DNA of 63,367 nucleotides, filler included, from Asterionella formosa (GCA_002256025.1; 6 parts of 6 records of this genome joined end to end with filler, not necessarily neighbours in it); one strand, 5' to 3'; counted from the whole stretch's first letter, positions 50,602-62,323 are shown. The notes: a model not told the origin generated them from the sequence alone. Translations and numbers: made by a program.

Positions 50602-50620
50602 AAGATTCATCCAAGATTCG
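50602..50620 (-). promoter_or_regulatory. Two adjacent YGAATCTH boxes in the divergent promoter between the COX23-like/HAD pair and the NRPS-like gene
   Basis: AAGATTCA at 50602 and AAGATTCG at 50613. Confidence 0.5.
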
Positions 50621-50940
50621 TTGAATGTCCGTACGCTGTCCGCTAGTCCCGACGAAAATTTTACTCTTACTTCTTAGGTATTCATTACGGGTGATGTAAC
50701 TCGGCTGTCATGGTTCCCTCCTTTACATGGAACTTTTGGACTAGACTACCGGTACCGCTATTTTGGATTCCTGTGAATGGCTATGTCATTGATACAGGTA
50801 GAGACGATCTATGTAGGAACTATCGGTGCATATTTAGAAGCAAGCACACAAAAATACTGTTGCAGTTCCATGAAGATAACAAAATAGTTGCAGAAACATA
50901 GACTTGTTGAAAGTAATCAAATCACGATCAGTTGCTATGG

Positions 50941-53900
50941 ATGATGGAGCTCCAAGGACTTCTCAATGATTCAGCATACCAAAATGGGAATGAGAAGGAG
51001 TACAGCCCGTTGGTATCGTCGTGCAAACATTTGTTGCAGCCAAATGGCAGCGTTGTTGGGGAAGAGGTCGCTCAGACCGTTCTTCCCATGTTTCCGTCAT
51101 TCTTTAGTTGCATACCATCCCGATCATCTCCCGCCCTTGCCAGCATTGATGGTCGTGCGTCCATCAATCAAGACCGAGTTCGAGACTTCATCCAACGAGA
51201 ATTGGGACCGTCGATCCATGCTCTTGGCTTTGGTCGTGGCCATCGGATCGCTGTGGTCTTACCAAATGGACCAGAGTTGGCTCTGGCTGTCCTTGCCATT
51301 GCGAATTGGTCTTGTTGCGTCCCTCTCAACGCATCAGGTGCCAAGAGCGAGCTCGAAGCAGACTTGCGAGCATGTGGCGCCAGTCTTGTCATCGGTCTAG
51401 CAACTCTACAACAGTATAATGATGACGAAAACCAAGGCGGCACCAAAAGTCGTACTGTTATTCCCAACAGCAAGGATGGTTGTTTCAATGTCATGCCAAG
51501 CAACACAATGTCGGAATTTGGTGCGTTCGACCATGTTCACGAGACTGCCCGAAAACTTGGGATTCCTTTCGTTGGTCTTGTGCCGTCCAAACGCGAAGCT
51601 GGAATTTTTCGTTTGATCTCAGGCCTTCCAGTCACGGTAACTGACTCTTTGTCTGTTTCCGGAGGCGTGGATGCATATGGAACCTTTGGATCTTCTCAAG
51701 AAAGGGTGAATGAGTCTCCTGGAGGGCCCGTAACGTCGTCCAACCGGTTCTGGCCATGTTGCCATGATGATGAAGTGTTGGTGTTGTTTACCTCTGGAAC
51801 CACAGGGAACAAGAAGATTGTTGCCCATAAACTTGGAGAAATGATAGTAGCTACCGCAACTATCTCTTTGTCTTGGGATTTGACGTCCGCGGACGTCAAC
51901 TGTAACTTGATGCCGTTGTTTCATGTGGGTGGAATAGTCCGTCAAGTCTTTTCCCCTGTCATGTCCGGTGGATGTGTCATTTGCTGTCCTAGTTTTGATA
52001 CAAGCACCTTTTGGGCACTGTTGAAAAACCAGGCTTTCAATTGGTACTATGCTGCTCCTACTATGCATCAAATGATTTTGCAGGCTGGAAAGGAACAAAT
52101 CAATGGCACAATTACACTTGCACAGTCAATGAATCCTAAGCTACGTATGATCGCGAACGCTGCTGGTGGGTTGCTACCTTCGTTAGCGTTTGAGCTCCGA
52201 GATACGTTTCATGCGAATGTCTTACCATCCTATGGTATGACCGAATGCATGCCTATTTCGTCGCCTCCTTTTAATTATCAACTAGACAAACCAGGAACTT
52301 CTGGAGTAGCTGTTGGCCCTGAAATAGGCATTCTCAATTTGACCACTTTCAAGGCCTTGGAACCTGGTGTCGAAGGTCCTATTTGCGTCCGAGGATCACC
52401 GTGTTTTCTTGGCTATGGATTCAATCTTTCTGATCCCACTCAAACAACCGGAAAGGATTCCTTTATGAAGGACGGTTGGTTCAACACTGGTGACTTGGGT
52501 TACCTTGATCAGGATGGCTTTCTTTTCATTACTGGTCGTTCCAAAGAAGTCATCAATCGTGGCGGTGAAATTATCAGCCCAATGGAAGTTGAGGAAGCCA
52601 TCTTGAGCCATCCAGATGTTGTTGTGTGTGCTGCATTCTCAGCTTTTCACGATGTTCTACAAGAAGTTGTGGGAATTGTCATTGTGCCCAAGCCGAATCG
52701 ACCTCGGTTGGATCTTCAAGTTTTGCATGAGTACTTGGGAACTGATCGATTGGCATCACCCAAGTGGCCACAGTGTTTGGTCTTTATGGATGCCCTCCCT
52801 AAATCGCATACGAACAAGTTGCTGCGAGTTAAGTTGGGAGAGCGGCTTGGTCTGCCTGAGTTCACTGACGGCATGCATCCAATTGAGCGAACTTTTCAAG
52901 CTGTTTGTCCTCCACAAGGAACACCCCTGGAAACACCGATCTTTTGTGAGCAAGTCATCGTGTCGCCAAAAGAAGTTCAAGGCGCTCTACAAAAGAGTTT
53001 GTTGGATTCATTTGACTCGGTATCGCCAGAACACCAGGTTTGGGTGATACCTCATCCAACTCGAGTTGGCTCATTAGTTTGCCATGTATATGAAGTAGAT
53101 AGAAAGACGGCAATCGAAATGGCAAAGAAATGCTTGCATAGTTATCTTATCCCTTCCCATTTTTGTGTTTTGGAAACTAAGGCTATTGATGAGAATGATT
53201 TGTTGGCTCCTAGGCCGTCGGACGCTGTGATCAGTATTCTACTTGGACCTTCCAGTGGAGTGGTTGATCCATTGGTGCAAGAAATTCAAGATATCTTTCA
53301 GTCCCTACTGGACCTCGATTATGTTCCTCCTCCGGAATCGAGTTTCTTCAATCTTGGTGGGTCATCGTTGCTAGGCTCTCAGCTAGCAAGTCGAGTTCGG
53401 AAGATCCACGACATTTCCTTCAGCGGAGCCGAAGTCTTTCAGCATCCTAGCTGTAAAGCGATTGCAAAATTAATTGAAGAACGACAAAGTGCTGGCATAG
53501 GTGGTTCTAAATCAAAGTCTGTCAGTACAAAAGGCGCAACATTTCCATCCGAACGTCTCCCAGCAGAAGATGGTCTTTTCTCGGCTCTTGTACAATTGAC
53601 GCCACTGTGCATCGTCTATCCAATCTATCAAATTTCCAGGTTCTTTCTCTTCTTTAATGTTTTGCTCTGGACTCTTCACAGCATTCCTTCTGAGGGCTCC
53701 ATAATAACATTTGTGCTAACATTGATAATCTTCCACTTGTTGTGGGTCACATTCATGCCACTTGTGTTTGTTATTATCAAGTGGACAGTTATCGGACAAT
53801 ACAAAGAAGGTCGATATGCACTATGGAGTAATTACTATTTGCGTTGGTGGTTTGTTGACGTTTGTCGCAAGCTGTTTGGTAGGGGCATCTGGGGATCAAG

Positions 53901-55929
53901 TAAGCCAGTTTTAAACTTTTACTATCGCATGCTGGGTGCTAAAATTGGTAAAGGAGCAAAAATTTCATTGGAAGCAACACTTGCTGAATTTGATTTGGTT
54001 ACTATTGGAGAAGGAGCAGCAATTGAACATTCGACTGTTCGTGCTTTTGGATTGGACAATGGAGCCATGATTTTGGGGTCCATTTATGTTGGCAGTTATG
54101 CAAGTGTCGGATGTCGATCTATTGTTGCTCCTTTCACTATGGTTCCCGATGATTGTCATTTGGGACCAGTTTCGTCATCATATGAAGTGGGAACTGCTCT
54201 TGATAACAAGCATGTGAGATACAATCGGGCAGCCCTGCCGACACCCAATCTCTTCACACAAGTCTGTATTGGGGCACCTATCACATTTCTGGTGGATTGC
54301 ATTTCAAAATTTCCTGCGTTCCTTGTTCTCTACTATATGATGAAAATTCCAGGACGCCAGAGTAATGCTGAGTTCGGGACATTAAGTGATTTGATGGAGT
54401 GGTTGTGTGATCTCCGAAGAATTCCTTACTATATTGGGATTAGAATGGCAAAGAACCTTTTAACTCCATTTGTGAAAATGACAGGTGCACTTGTAGTCAA
54501 ATGGCTTATCATTGGTAAATTCCATGCTGGACCTCGAGATACAACATCTGAATGGCAACTATTGAGGCATTGGTTGGCGGCAACGTTGTTTTCTCGCCAA
54601 AACATGCAAGAAGTGACTGAGCTTCTGGGCCGACATTATGAGCTGGTGAGTTGCCTATACCGCCTTTGTGGTGCCAAGATTGGATATCGTGTTTTTTGGC
54701 CAGGCGTACAACCAGTTTTTGGTGGCGAGTTTGAGTTGCTGGAAATTGGAGACGATGTTGTCTTTGGATCCCGTAGTACTATGCTATGCACGACATCAGA
54801 CTGTTGTGAGAAGATCACACTTTGTGCGGGTTCCAATGTTGCAGATAACTGCGTGCTTCTTCCAGGTTCAATCATTGGAAAGAATGCTGTTCTTGGCTCC
54901 AATTCAGTTTGTCCTGAAGGTCGTTACCTACCTGAATCAAGTTTGTGGTTTGGTTCTCAAGGGTGTGAGCCTGTCTTACTGGAACAGGGAACAGAGGATA
55001 TATCTGGCGTGATTATGTCTACTGATATCAAACAAGATAAGCTTCAATTTGAAGGTGATAGCTCCACTCTTCGTCCATTTGGCAAGGCATTTTACAATGG
55101 CAAGGCCACCTATAGGGTCATACCTTTGTACATGGTGATAATTTTTACCTTCACAGTACGAATATTCTTTGCTGCTTTTCATACCACTCCACTCCTTGGT
55201 GCCCTTCACGGAGCTGGTGGTTTCTTGTGGGGATTTCGCTTTGAAGATCGAGACTATGCTTCAATTCATTACTCCTCTGCGACCGTCTTTATGACATTGT
55301 TGACAATTGCCTTCATTACCAATTTCATTCGTGTCTTGCTGTGGGCAGCCATTGAGGTCAGTGCAAAATGGGCTATTATGGGTCGCAGAAAGGAAGGAAG
55401 ATACAATTGGGATACATCTCCATATGCACAGAATTGGGAGTTGTATCAGGGTATAACACGAATTCGACAAATTGGGCGTCACAGCATGATGGATTTCATC
55501 TGCGGTACCCGGTACATGGTTGATTTCTTCCGTTGGCATGGTTGTAAAATTGGTAAAAGCGTTTGTCTCTACCCTACCGGAGGTGATCCCTACATGCCAG
55601 AACCAGACCTTGTTGAAATTGGAGACCAATCTGCAATTGACTGTGCTTCCATTGTTACACATTTGAACACAAAGGGAAATTTCGAATTGGTAAAAATTAA
55701 AGTGAGCAAGCATTGCACTTTACGAGCACGGTCAAGAATCCAACAAGGTGTCTTTATGGAACCTGGTTCTATGTTGTTGGAGAAAGGTCTTGCCATGACT
55801 GGGGAAGTCATTGAAGCTGACAGTGTTTGGCAAGGTGCACCAGCATCAAGACTGTTTGCATACTCAAGTGACCCTTTACTTCCGTCAGATTCATGTTCAG
55901 ATTTTGTTGATGATGGGTACCTTGTTTAG
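50941..55929 (+). CDS. Membrane-bound NRPS-like enzyme: adenylation domain, carrier (T) domain, three TM/left-handed beta-helix terminal repeats (epsilon-poly-lysine synthetase-like architecture), 1662 aa
   Basis: A-domain motifs LFTSGTTGNKK, SYGMTE, FNTGDLG, ITGRSKEVINRGGE and LPKSHTNK. The T motif is FFNLGGSSL. Three blocks read KW..IG....G.Y..W...GAKIG...LV.IG. The first ATG is at 50941; no intron is needed. Confidence 0.93.
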   Translation: MMELQGLLNDSAYQNGNEKEYSPLVSSCKHLLQPNGSVVGEEVAQTVLPMFPSFFSCIPSRSSPALASIDGRASINQDRVRDFIQRELGPSIHALGFGRGHRIAVVLPNGPELALAVLAIANWSCCVPLNASGAKSELEADLRACGASLVIGLATLQQYNDDENQGGTKSRTVIPNSKDGCFNVMPSNTMSEFGAFDHVHETARKLGIPFVGLVPSKREAGIFRLISGLPVTVTDSLSVSGGVDAYGTFGSSQERVNESPGGPVTSSNRFWPCCHDDEVLVLFTSGTTGNKKIVAHKLGEMIVATATISLSWDLTSADVNCNLMPLFHVGGIVRQVFSPVMSGGCVICCPSFDTSTFWALLKNQAFNWYYAAPTMHQMILQAGKEQINGTITLAQSMNPKLRMIANAAGGLLPSLAFELRDTFHANVLPSYGMTECMPISSPPFNYQLDKPGTSGVAVGPEIGILNLTTFKALEPGVEGPICVRGSPCFLGYGFNLSDPTQTTGKDSFMKDGWFNTGDLGYLDQDGFLFITGRSKEVINRGGEIISPMEVEEAILSHPDVVVCAAFSAFHDVLQEVVGIVIVPKPNRPRLDLQVLHEYLGTDRLASPKWPQCLVFMDALPKSHTNKLLRVKLGERLGLPEFTDGMHPIERTFQAVCPPQGTPLETPIFCEQVIVSPKEVQGALQKSLLDSFDSVSPEHQVWVIPHPTRVGSLVCHVYEVDRKTAIEMAKKCLHSYLIPSHFCVLETKAIDENDLLAPRPSDAVISILLGPSSGVVDPLVQEIQDIFQSLLDLDYVPPPESSFFNLGGSSLLGSQLASRVRKIHDISFSGAEVFQHPSCKAIAKLIEERQSAGIGGSKSKSVSTKGATFPSERLPAEDGLFSALVQLTPLCIVYPIYQISRFFLFFNVLLWTLHSIPSEGSIITFVLTLIIFHLLWVTFMPLVFVIIKWTVIGQYKEGRYALWSNYYLRWWFVDVCRKLFGRGIWGSSKPVLNFYYRMLGAKIGKGAKISLEATLAEFDLVTIGEGAAIEHSTVRAFGLDNGAMILGSIYVGSYASVGCRSIVAPFTMVPDDCHLGPVSSSYEVGTALDNKHVRYNRAALPTPNLFTQVCIGAPITFLVDCISKFPAFLVLYYMMKIPGRQSNAEFGTLSDLMEWLCDLRRIPYYIGIRMAKNLLTPFVKMTGALVVKWLIIGKFHAGPRDTTSEWQLLRHWLAATLFSRQNMQEVTELLGRHYELVSCLYRLCGAKIGYRVFWPGVQPVFGGEFELLEIGDDVVFGSRSTMLCTTSDCCEKITLCAGSNVADNCVLLPGSIIGKNAVLGSNSVCPEGRYLPESSLWFGSQGCEPVLLEQGTEDISGVIMSTDIKQDKLQFEGDSSTLRPFGKAFYNGKATYRVIPLYMVIIFTFTVRIFFAAFHTTPLLGALHGAGGFLWGFRFEDRDYASIHYSSATVFMTLLTIAFITNFIRVLLWAAIEVSAKWAIMGRRKEGRYNWDTSPYAQNWELYQGITRIRQIGRHSMMDFICGTRYMVDFFRWHGCKIGKSVCLYPTGGDPYMPEPDLVEIGDQSAIDCASIVTHLNTKGNFELVKIKVSKHCTLRARSRIQQGVFMEPGSMLLEKGLAMTGEVIEADSVWQGAPASRLFAYSSDPLLPSDSCSDFVDDGYLV

Positions 55930-56904
55930 GTATCCTTGCTGTTCATAATATATTTTCCCAAGGCTTGTATAGAACCAGATAATATTCACAGAAATAATAC
56001 TGTTGCCTCTCAAATTATGACACTTTGTGATTATCTAGGCCAATAGAGAAATTCAATAAAGCAACATGTTAATGCATTCCTAGAAGGAGGCTTATTGTTT
56101 TCATCATTCCTTTAAGAAAATGATCACAGTTGCAAAAGTCCCCTCTTTTGCTGCAGCAAGGATATGGCATCAGGGATGTTCTTATTATTCCACATCTCTT
56201 GGAAAAAGTAGCATCATTTCCAGGTTTCAGACAACAATGGTATCAATTTTGGGTATCAGCAACAACTACCATTATAACATCAATACAGCATCCTTGATAC
56301 CAAAATGATACCATTTTGACCCCCTCCAAGAAGGTATCAGTGAAACTGGTGAGTATCATTTCTGTTGTCACTGATAAAATAAACTGAACATAAGCCAGCA
56401 GGGTACTAATTTTAGCATCACTTGTTACATTTCATCATCAATATTTGCATTATCTTCTCAGAGATATTGATGCTCCTCATCATGCCTGAGCAGTGATGGC
56501 GACATGATTGATTGATGTATATACTGGTTTATGCATATACTTTGGTGTAGACCAGACTACCAATATAGACTATGGATTCTAGGAATTTCAAATTCATAGA
56601 TTTCCTACATATATTAAGTACTGAATAGCCATCAAAATAATCTTGAGGGAAAACACATGTTTGTAGCCAACTTTTAAGCATTGAAGATCCATTATACTTT
56701 TGGGTGATATGAGAATTTTTTTAATGGAAAATGAATATTTTCAGTTTAAATCGAATAGCGATTGTGTGATACTTTTTCAAATCTTATGATACCATCTCCA
56801 AAATGATTAGGACAACAGCCCTTATTTAGTAGCTAGTCATTTTGAAATATTGTTTAATTGCGCACATATACACATGATGTTCAAAAAATTTCCCATTAGT
56901 AATG

Positions 56905-57240
56905 GACCAAGTTACTGTTTCTTTTACCTGCATCACAGATGCTAGAAAACTACAGCCTCTCAAAATTGGGAACTACAAGAAGCCTCATTGTTTCCGTAAC
57001 ATTGATTTGAATCCCCGCTTCAGAGTTTCATACAAATCCAGTAGCAAAGTATGGATGACTAATTCTAATATTCAATGAGAATCTTTTGAATTCGAATGCA
57101 TACACGGCACGGCTTCTCAGAAAATAAAGATTGTTTTATTCTTAGATAATGCCTCAGCCCCTCCCATTCCACATTCTTGATGCGCATACAAGTTCAAGAC
57201 TAACACAAATGAAGGTTCAATTCTTCCTCGCACACCAGAC
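56905..57240 (+). pseudogene. pogo/Tigger DDE transposase remnant
   Basis: Broken frames read VTVSFTCITDARKLQPLKIGNYKKPHCF, YKSSSKVWMT and KIVLFLDNASA, matching DDE_1 motifs. Confidence 0.7.
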
Positions 57241-57996
57241 ACTCCTTCGACAGTAGCCTTTTTATATCTGTGGTTTCATCAACTAATTGACTGTTGGTAG
57301 CTATTTCAAATACCATATTTTAGTACTTGTTGAACTCTAATGATTGTGCATACTTGTTCCTCCTTATGCCAAGAATAGTCAGGAGTCAAAACTCCTTCAA
57401 AACAAAGCGAAGACTCTGATGCAGAGGACTGATGGCATCCATCTTATTTTCGAAACTAGAACATCATGCAACAGAGTACTACTTCGAGCTGCTCTGAGTA
57501 CAGCCCTAGTATATAGTCCAAAAAGTGGCCAGTCAGATTCCCCTCCTTCACCTGGCTGTTGTTTCTGTTGATATCCCACCCCTTACACCTGTCACTCCTT
57601 CTGCTATAACAGCTTCTGCAATAGCCACCAAAATCATCAAGTTACACCTCTGCCCCAGGTGCTCAATCTAATAACAATCAGCCTCATTTGCTCAACTTAA
57701 TTATTACTTGTTCTCGCCATTTCTTATAAAAGTGTAATTTGTTTTATAGCCCATTTGTACTCCCCTTCTTCTAGGCAAGTCTTTCATTGGGCTACCTGCC
57801 GACAAAACCTTTGCTTCCCTAGTTTTGTAAGCGAAGAAGAGTCCCCAATCATCGTTCGCGAAAGGTGATCATCTTAGCCATGGCGTTAGGGGAAACTCCG
57901 ACCGCCTAGGAAGGTGGCACAAGCTGCTTGTTGGGGGAGGCGACCCACTATTTTATGCACACCAGGCAAGACCGTCTAGGATGGTACTAAGGAGTG

Positions 57997-58093
57997 TGGG
58001 AGTCGAACCCAACAATTGCTTCTCAAAAATTTGCGTGAATCGAACCACATAACCTCAGATCAAATGTAACGTGCTTGACCACTAAGCCGTTCC
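57997..58093 (-). other. tRNA-derived Pol III promoter (SINE head or tRNA pseudogene)
   Basis: On the minus strand, an A box CGGCTTAGTGG (58089-58079) and a B box GGTTCGATTC (58046-58037) lie at tRNA-like spacing. A second B box GGGTTCGACTCC is at ~58010-57999. There is no intact cloverleaf. Confidence 0.45.
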
Positions 58094-58409
58094 CTCTCAC
58101 TTTTACTTATAGTAATCCTCTATGGCACAGTTTTTGTAAAATTGAAGCATTCAAATAGCCAATTCGATGTATTCAATTGCTCACTTTGGTTGATTCACCT
58201 ATTTCATAAGATTCGTGTAGAATCAAATACATAATCATACCAATATGATAGGCTTATTTATGTGACTTGGATGTTGCACTCCTAGTGAGCTGCTACATAC
58301 AGGAATGATGGATTTAATTTTTGTGTACTTTGTAATACAGTTTATATATTCTTATGATGATTATGCATACAGTTATGGTTTGTTACCAAGAAATTAAACC
58401 CACATTTAA

Positions 58410-58856
58410 GGTTTCTGTATGCAAAACCCTAGCTCAAGCTAGGATCAAAAAATTATATTGATTCAGAGTAATCAAACACTCACTTTTCACAAGTCAAATA
58501 AATATTAAGAACTATATATTGCTCTCTCACCATTTAACATCCTTTCCATACACTTACCAGATACTATTTTCATTGCTCCTTTCTGCACTTCTTGTCAGAG
58601 GTTCAAAACTGATGCTATTTGAAGCATATCTATGAATTTTTTCGCCTTCAAACACTGCCAATGTTGCGCAATTGTCATCTGAAAAGTCAACAAAATTGGC
58701 ATTTCAACCATTGCCAAAATATTGGAATGAGAATCACTAAGTGCCAATATCCACATTTGAATAGGAGCTTTGTGAAGAAATTAATGATGTAATTATTCAA
58801 ATGCAATTATTAGCTCCTACAAATTCCCAATTTCCAGGGTTTCAAATGCAGGAACC
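58410..58856 (-). mobile_element. Short diverged member of the Kolobok-like family A
   Basis: TTAA|GGTTTCTGTATGCAAAACCCTAG ... AGGGTTTCAAATGCAGGAACC|TGAA. 58425-58560 resembles the reverse complement of A's right subterminal region. Confidence 0.7.
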
Positions 58857-58899
58857 TGAAAGTGGGTTTAATTTTTCGAATACCGGTAGCTAAATACCA

Positions 58900-58989
58900 G
58901 CAATTTGGGGTAATTGTGCTGAAACTAAAAGTTTAGCTATCTTTATCCCATATTAAATTGTTTATTTAAGCAAAATGACCGCAACTTGC
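58900..58989. mobile_element. 90-bp mini-MITE (copy 2)
   Basis: Reverse-complement homolog of 15539-15628 with inverted ends. Confidence 0.7.
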
Positions 58990-59129
58990 AGTACTACTGT
59001 TGTAACAGGGTTGGCATGTACCAAAGTAATCGTAAAATCGTAGTTATATAACGTCACTTTGTTGTCTATGTCAAGAAAACTATTGGGTCTTTGGTGCTGG
59101 CAGCAACCTAGACTCTGAATTATATGGAA

Positions 59130-60309
59130 CAGTGGAACCTCCCTATAAAATACACCCTGTTTGCTCCTGCAATTATGGCCTTTTGTATCCTATAGGGAGG
59201 GGTATCTTATATGGAGGTTCCGCAAGTTTTACTCTGTTTTATAAGTACTACAGAGCCAGTGTACACAATATATACAAAATGCATAAAAAGGGAGGAAGGT
59301 TGAAACAAATAATTTGCAGTTTATTAGACTTACCTTTGATTTTCATTTGGAAGAAAAAAGATTCGATTAGAGGCTGAATAAGTCTAGAATGAGACCTTTT
59401 TCAATTACTTCAAGCAATGGAAGCTCTTGCTTGAATGAATCATTTTCTGTTACATTCATCAGTGCTGTTTTAAAACCAAACAAAGCATCTCGTTAGGTTA
59501 TAAGAACCTTATTGGACACGTCACTGACTGCTGCCAAGATACCATCTTTATCCAAGGCACTGTCATCCTCCTCATCCCCTTCATCAATATATTCAGCAAC
59601 CAAATTTACAATTAGTGATTCAGCCGCAGCACGTGGGATTGCATACTCGCCAATACAATCTTGTACATAATGAACATTAATTTCTCCAAGCCTCTCTGTC
59701 AACTCCTCCACTTCATTTTCAGTTTCCTCTGGTACTGATACACATTCTTCATCACATACTATATCAAAACCACATGCTTCTTTAAAGCATTTTTGAATTG
59801 TTTCAGTTGTAACACTTCCCCAGGATGAAATGAGTGAAAGAATGGAAGCAAATGGACAAGAAACAATCAAGTTTTGTTTCAGTAAAGTATAAAATGAAAA
59901 ATTATCATAAAAAGTGTCATTAAGAAGTTATGTCACAAGTGACAGTACCACCAGATAATTGCTATGCAAGATGATGTGGTACATGATGTATACTACTGAC
60001 AATTCTATTACATGTGTATGCATGTAATAGTACCAAGGGTTGTCAGCCCACAGCAGTGGCTGATTTGAGATGATCAAAGCATGCAAAACAAGGTAAAAAC
60101 TACTGGCTCAAACAGATTGCAGACTGTGTGGCACTCATTTTTATCTTATATAGAGGTCAGAATAACCAATTTTTTAGAAAAAGTGTATCCAAGTGTATCT
60201 CACAGACACACAGAGAGAGTCTCTTACAAGGATTTCCAAATTGGGGCACTTCATTAAGAAAAGTGTATCTTATAGAGAGTGAACGGTATCTAATAGGGAG
60301 GTTCCACTG
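59130..60309 (-). mobile_element. pogo/Tigger-like deletion derivative
   Basis: TIRs CAGTGGAACCTCCCTAT / ATAGGGAGGTTCCACTG followed by TA. The internal ORF 59493-59870 has SWGSVTTETIQKCFKE (transposase C-terminus). Confidence 0.85.
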
Positions 60310-60404
60310 TATTTTCAGTTCCATACTGTGCCAGTAAAATGGTCCCAGCAGATTACGAGGTACGCACCTAGTAGGTACTCCGAGTACTAGGTTGTGGTCC
60401 CGGC

Positions 60405-60603
60405 ATGCTGAAGGCAATACACGCCCGAGGTGGTCTCTTGCCTGCGAGTATACATGTGTTCGAGGCTGGGTGGCGCGAGTAGGTTGACCGTACGAGTGGC
60501 GCCCCCGGCGCTGCGAGAAGGTCACCCTACGAGTTCCATCCCAGTCGAGTACACATGTATACGAGAAGGCAAGTAGCCGCCGAGAAGGGTATTGCTGAGG
60601 CAA
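60405..60603. other. GC-rich imperfect foldback (~200 nt)
   Basis: Nested complementary blocks GCAATAC/GTATTGC, CTTGCCT/AGGCAAG, GTATACATGTGT/ACACATGTATAC, GTAGGTTGACC/GGTCACCCTAC and GCGCC/GGCGC. Confidence 0.7.
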
Positions 60604-62323
60604 TTCCCGCTCTAGCTATCGTCGCGTCATTCGCTTACCTACTGCCCACGAATTTAGCATAAATGTCAATTTTAGCCTACTATTGCCCATCATATAAAAT
60701 ATATTTTGGATATTTCCTATCTTCACCTCGAAAATTGCCAAAGGTCCGATATTGCCCATCATTAAAATATATTTTGTATATTTCATATGTTCGCATTTTG
60801 GCAAGACAACAGACACCAATTGCCCCTCGGTTTTCCAGCCCTGGGATTGCCGAAATCGGCAAGGGGTCTACTTAAGGAAACAATTTTATATACTATTCAG
60901 ATTCTAATAATTTATATCTAGAATTCACCTCGTTTTTGTTCGTCTCCTGAAAAGTGGACTCCGGCAATTCACCTTTCACCATGCCAATCGTCGTCCATCA
61001 TGACCGGTTTGAAGCGAAATCAGTTCCGCGATGACGCCAGTAGCGATTCTTTGCCTAACGGATGCGGTTGATTGTTGGATTGCTTGTCTTCTCGAGGTAT
61101 TCATGTAGTCGCATCGTCCATATTTCGTCGGACGCACGATGATATCGATACATCTGATGTTGGTGGCAAGTTTTTGCTCCGGTCATGTATGTAATGATGC
61201 TTAACGGATATTCTACCGGTACCGGCAGTAATCTAGTCTACATACGTACGTGGTACTAAAACCAACCATGCATGGTTTAAGGTATGCTTTAACGCTTACT
61301 TTGAACACGTTATAATATTATCTCTGTAGACTCGGTATTATTTTTACGAGACCTGAAATGTTGAATTATATCGTTCACATATTCATTGATTTTACGTACC
61401 ATATGCCCGATTTCGTCCTCACAAATATAGTTCTCACTCTATCTTGCCTGCCTTTGCTCTATTCGGGCTTGCAATAGGCAACGTTCGTCTTTCCTTTATC
61501 CCATAGTCTGCTGCTTGTTATGCTAGTTGAAGCGGATCGGTGAGTACAACAGTGAAATACTGAATGTGGATTGTTGTAGATCGTATTTATCGGGCCGACT
61601 TTCCGATTTGATTGCTTCCGTGGTTTGTTTTGATCGCTTCCATCGTTGTTTGTCGTTACGCACTGTCGTTTTGTTTCGATTGTACATATCTACATGAGAA
61701 CCAATGCATTTATCAATGACTACTCATTGAAGATGTGGTATTGTGCCGTTGTTGATCGTATTTGTTGATTTGTAGAGTCGTTGACAATGATGTCAATATT
61801 GCTGCCAAGCAATGCATTTCTTGTACTAACGCGCTTTGCTACAATTCCACTACGAGTTCGTATCAGAAGCTACATGACAATACTCAGCTAGAGAGAGTCA
61901 ATAGTTTTGGAGCAGCGTGGCGATCACGCTTGCTCAGAATGGAATGATCAGGGTTGCTTGTTTGGTGGGCAGCGGAGAGGAATGACTGTGGCAGAAATAC
62001 TGCTACTGGTGTCAGGCTACTACAGCGATGCGCATGGTTGCAGANNNNNNNNNNNNNNNNNNNNNNNNNNNNNNNNNNNNNNNNNNNNTTAATTAATTAA
62101 NNNNNNNNNNNNNNNNNNNNNNNNNNNNNNNNNNNNNNNNNNNNTGGGTATGACTCTCACCTATGTTGGCCGGAGTGCTATGGTTTTGGAGCTACTACAC
62201 AATTCTACTGATTCGGCAAAGTGGCGCATGAATATTCGAGAATACAGAGTGGCTCCTTTTGCCTTCGATTAAGAGTGACTCCTTTTGCCTTCGATTACGA
62301 CAGACAAGGTTGAAGCTGAGTTA

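Noticed and set aside
60950..62280. Possible intron-containing gene around the last gap
   Set aside because: No supported reading frame or recognisable product.
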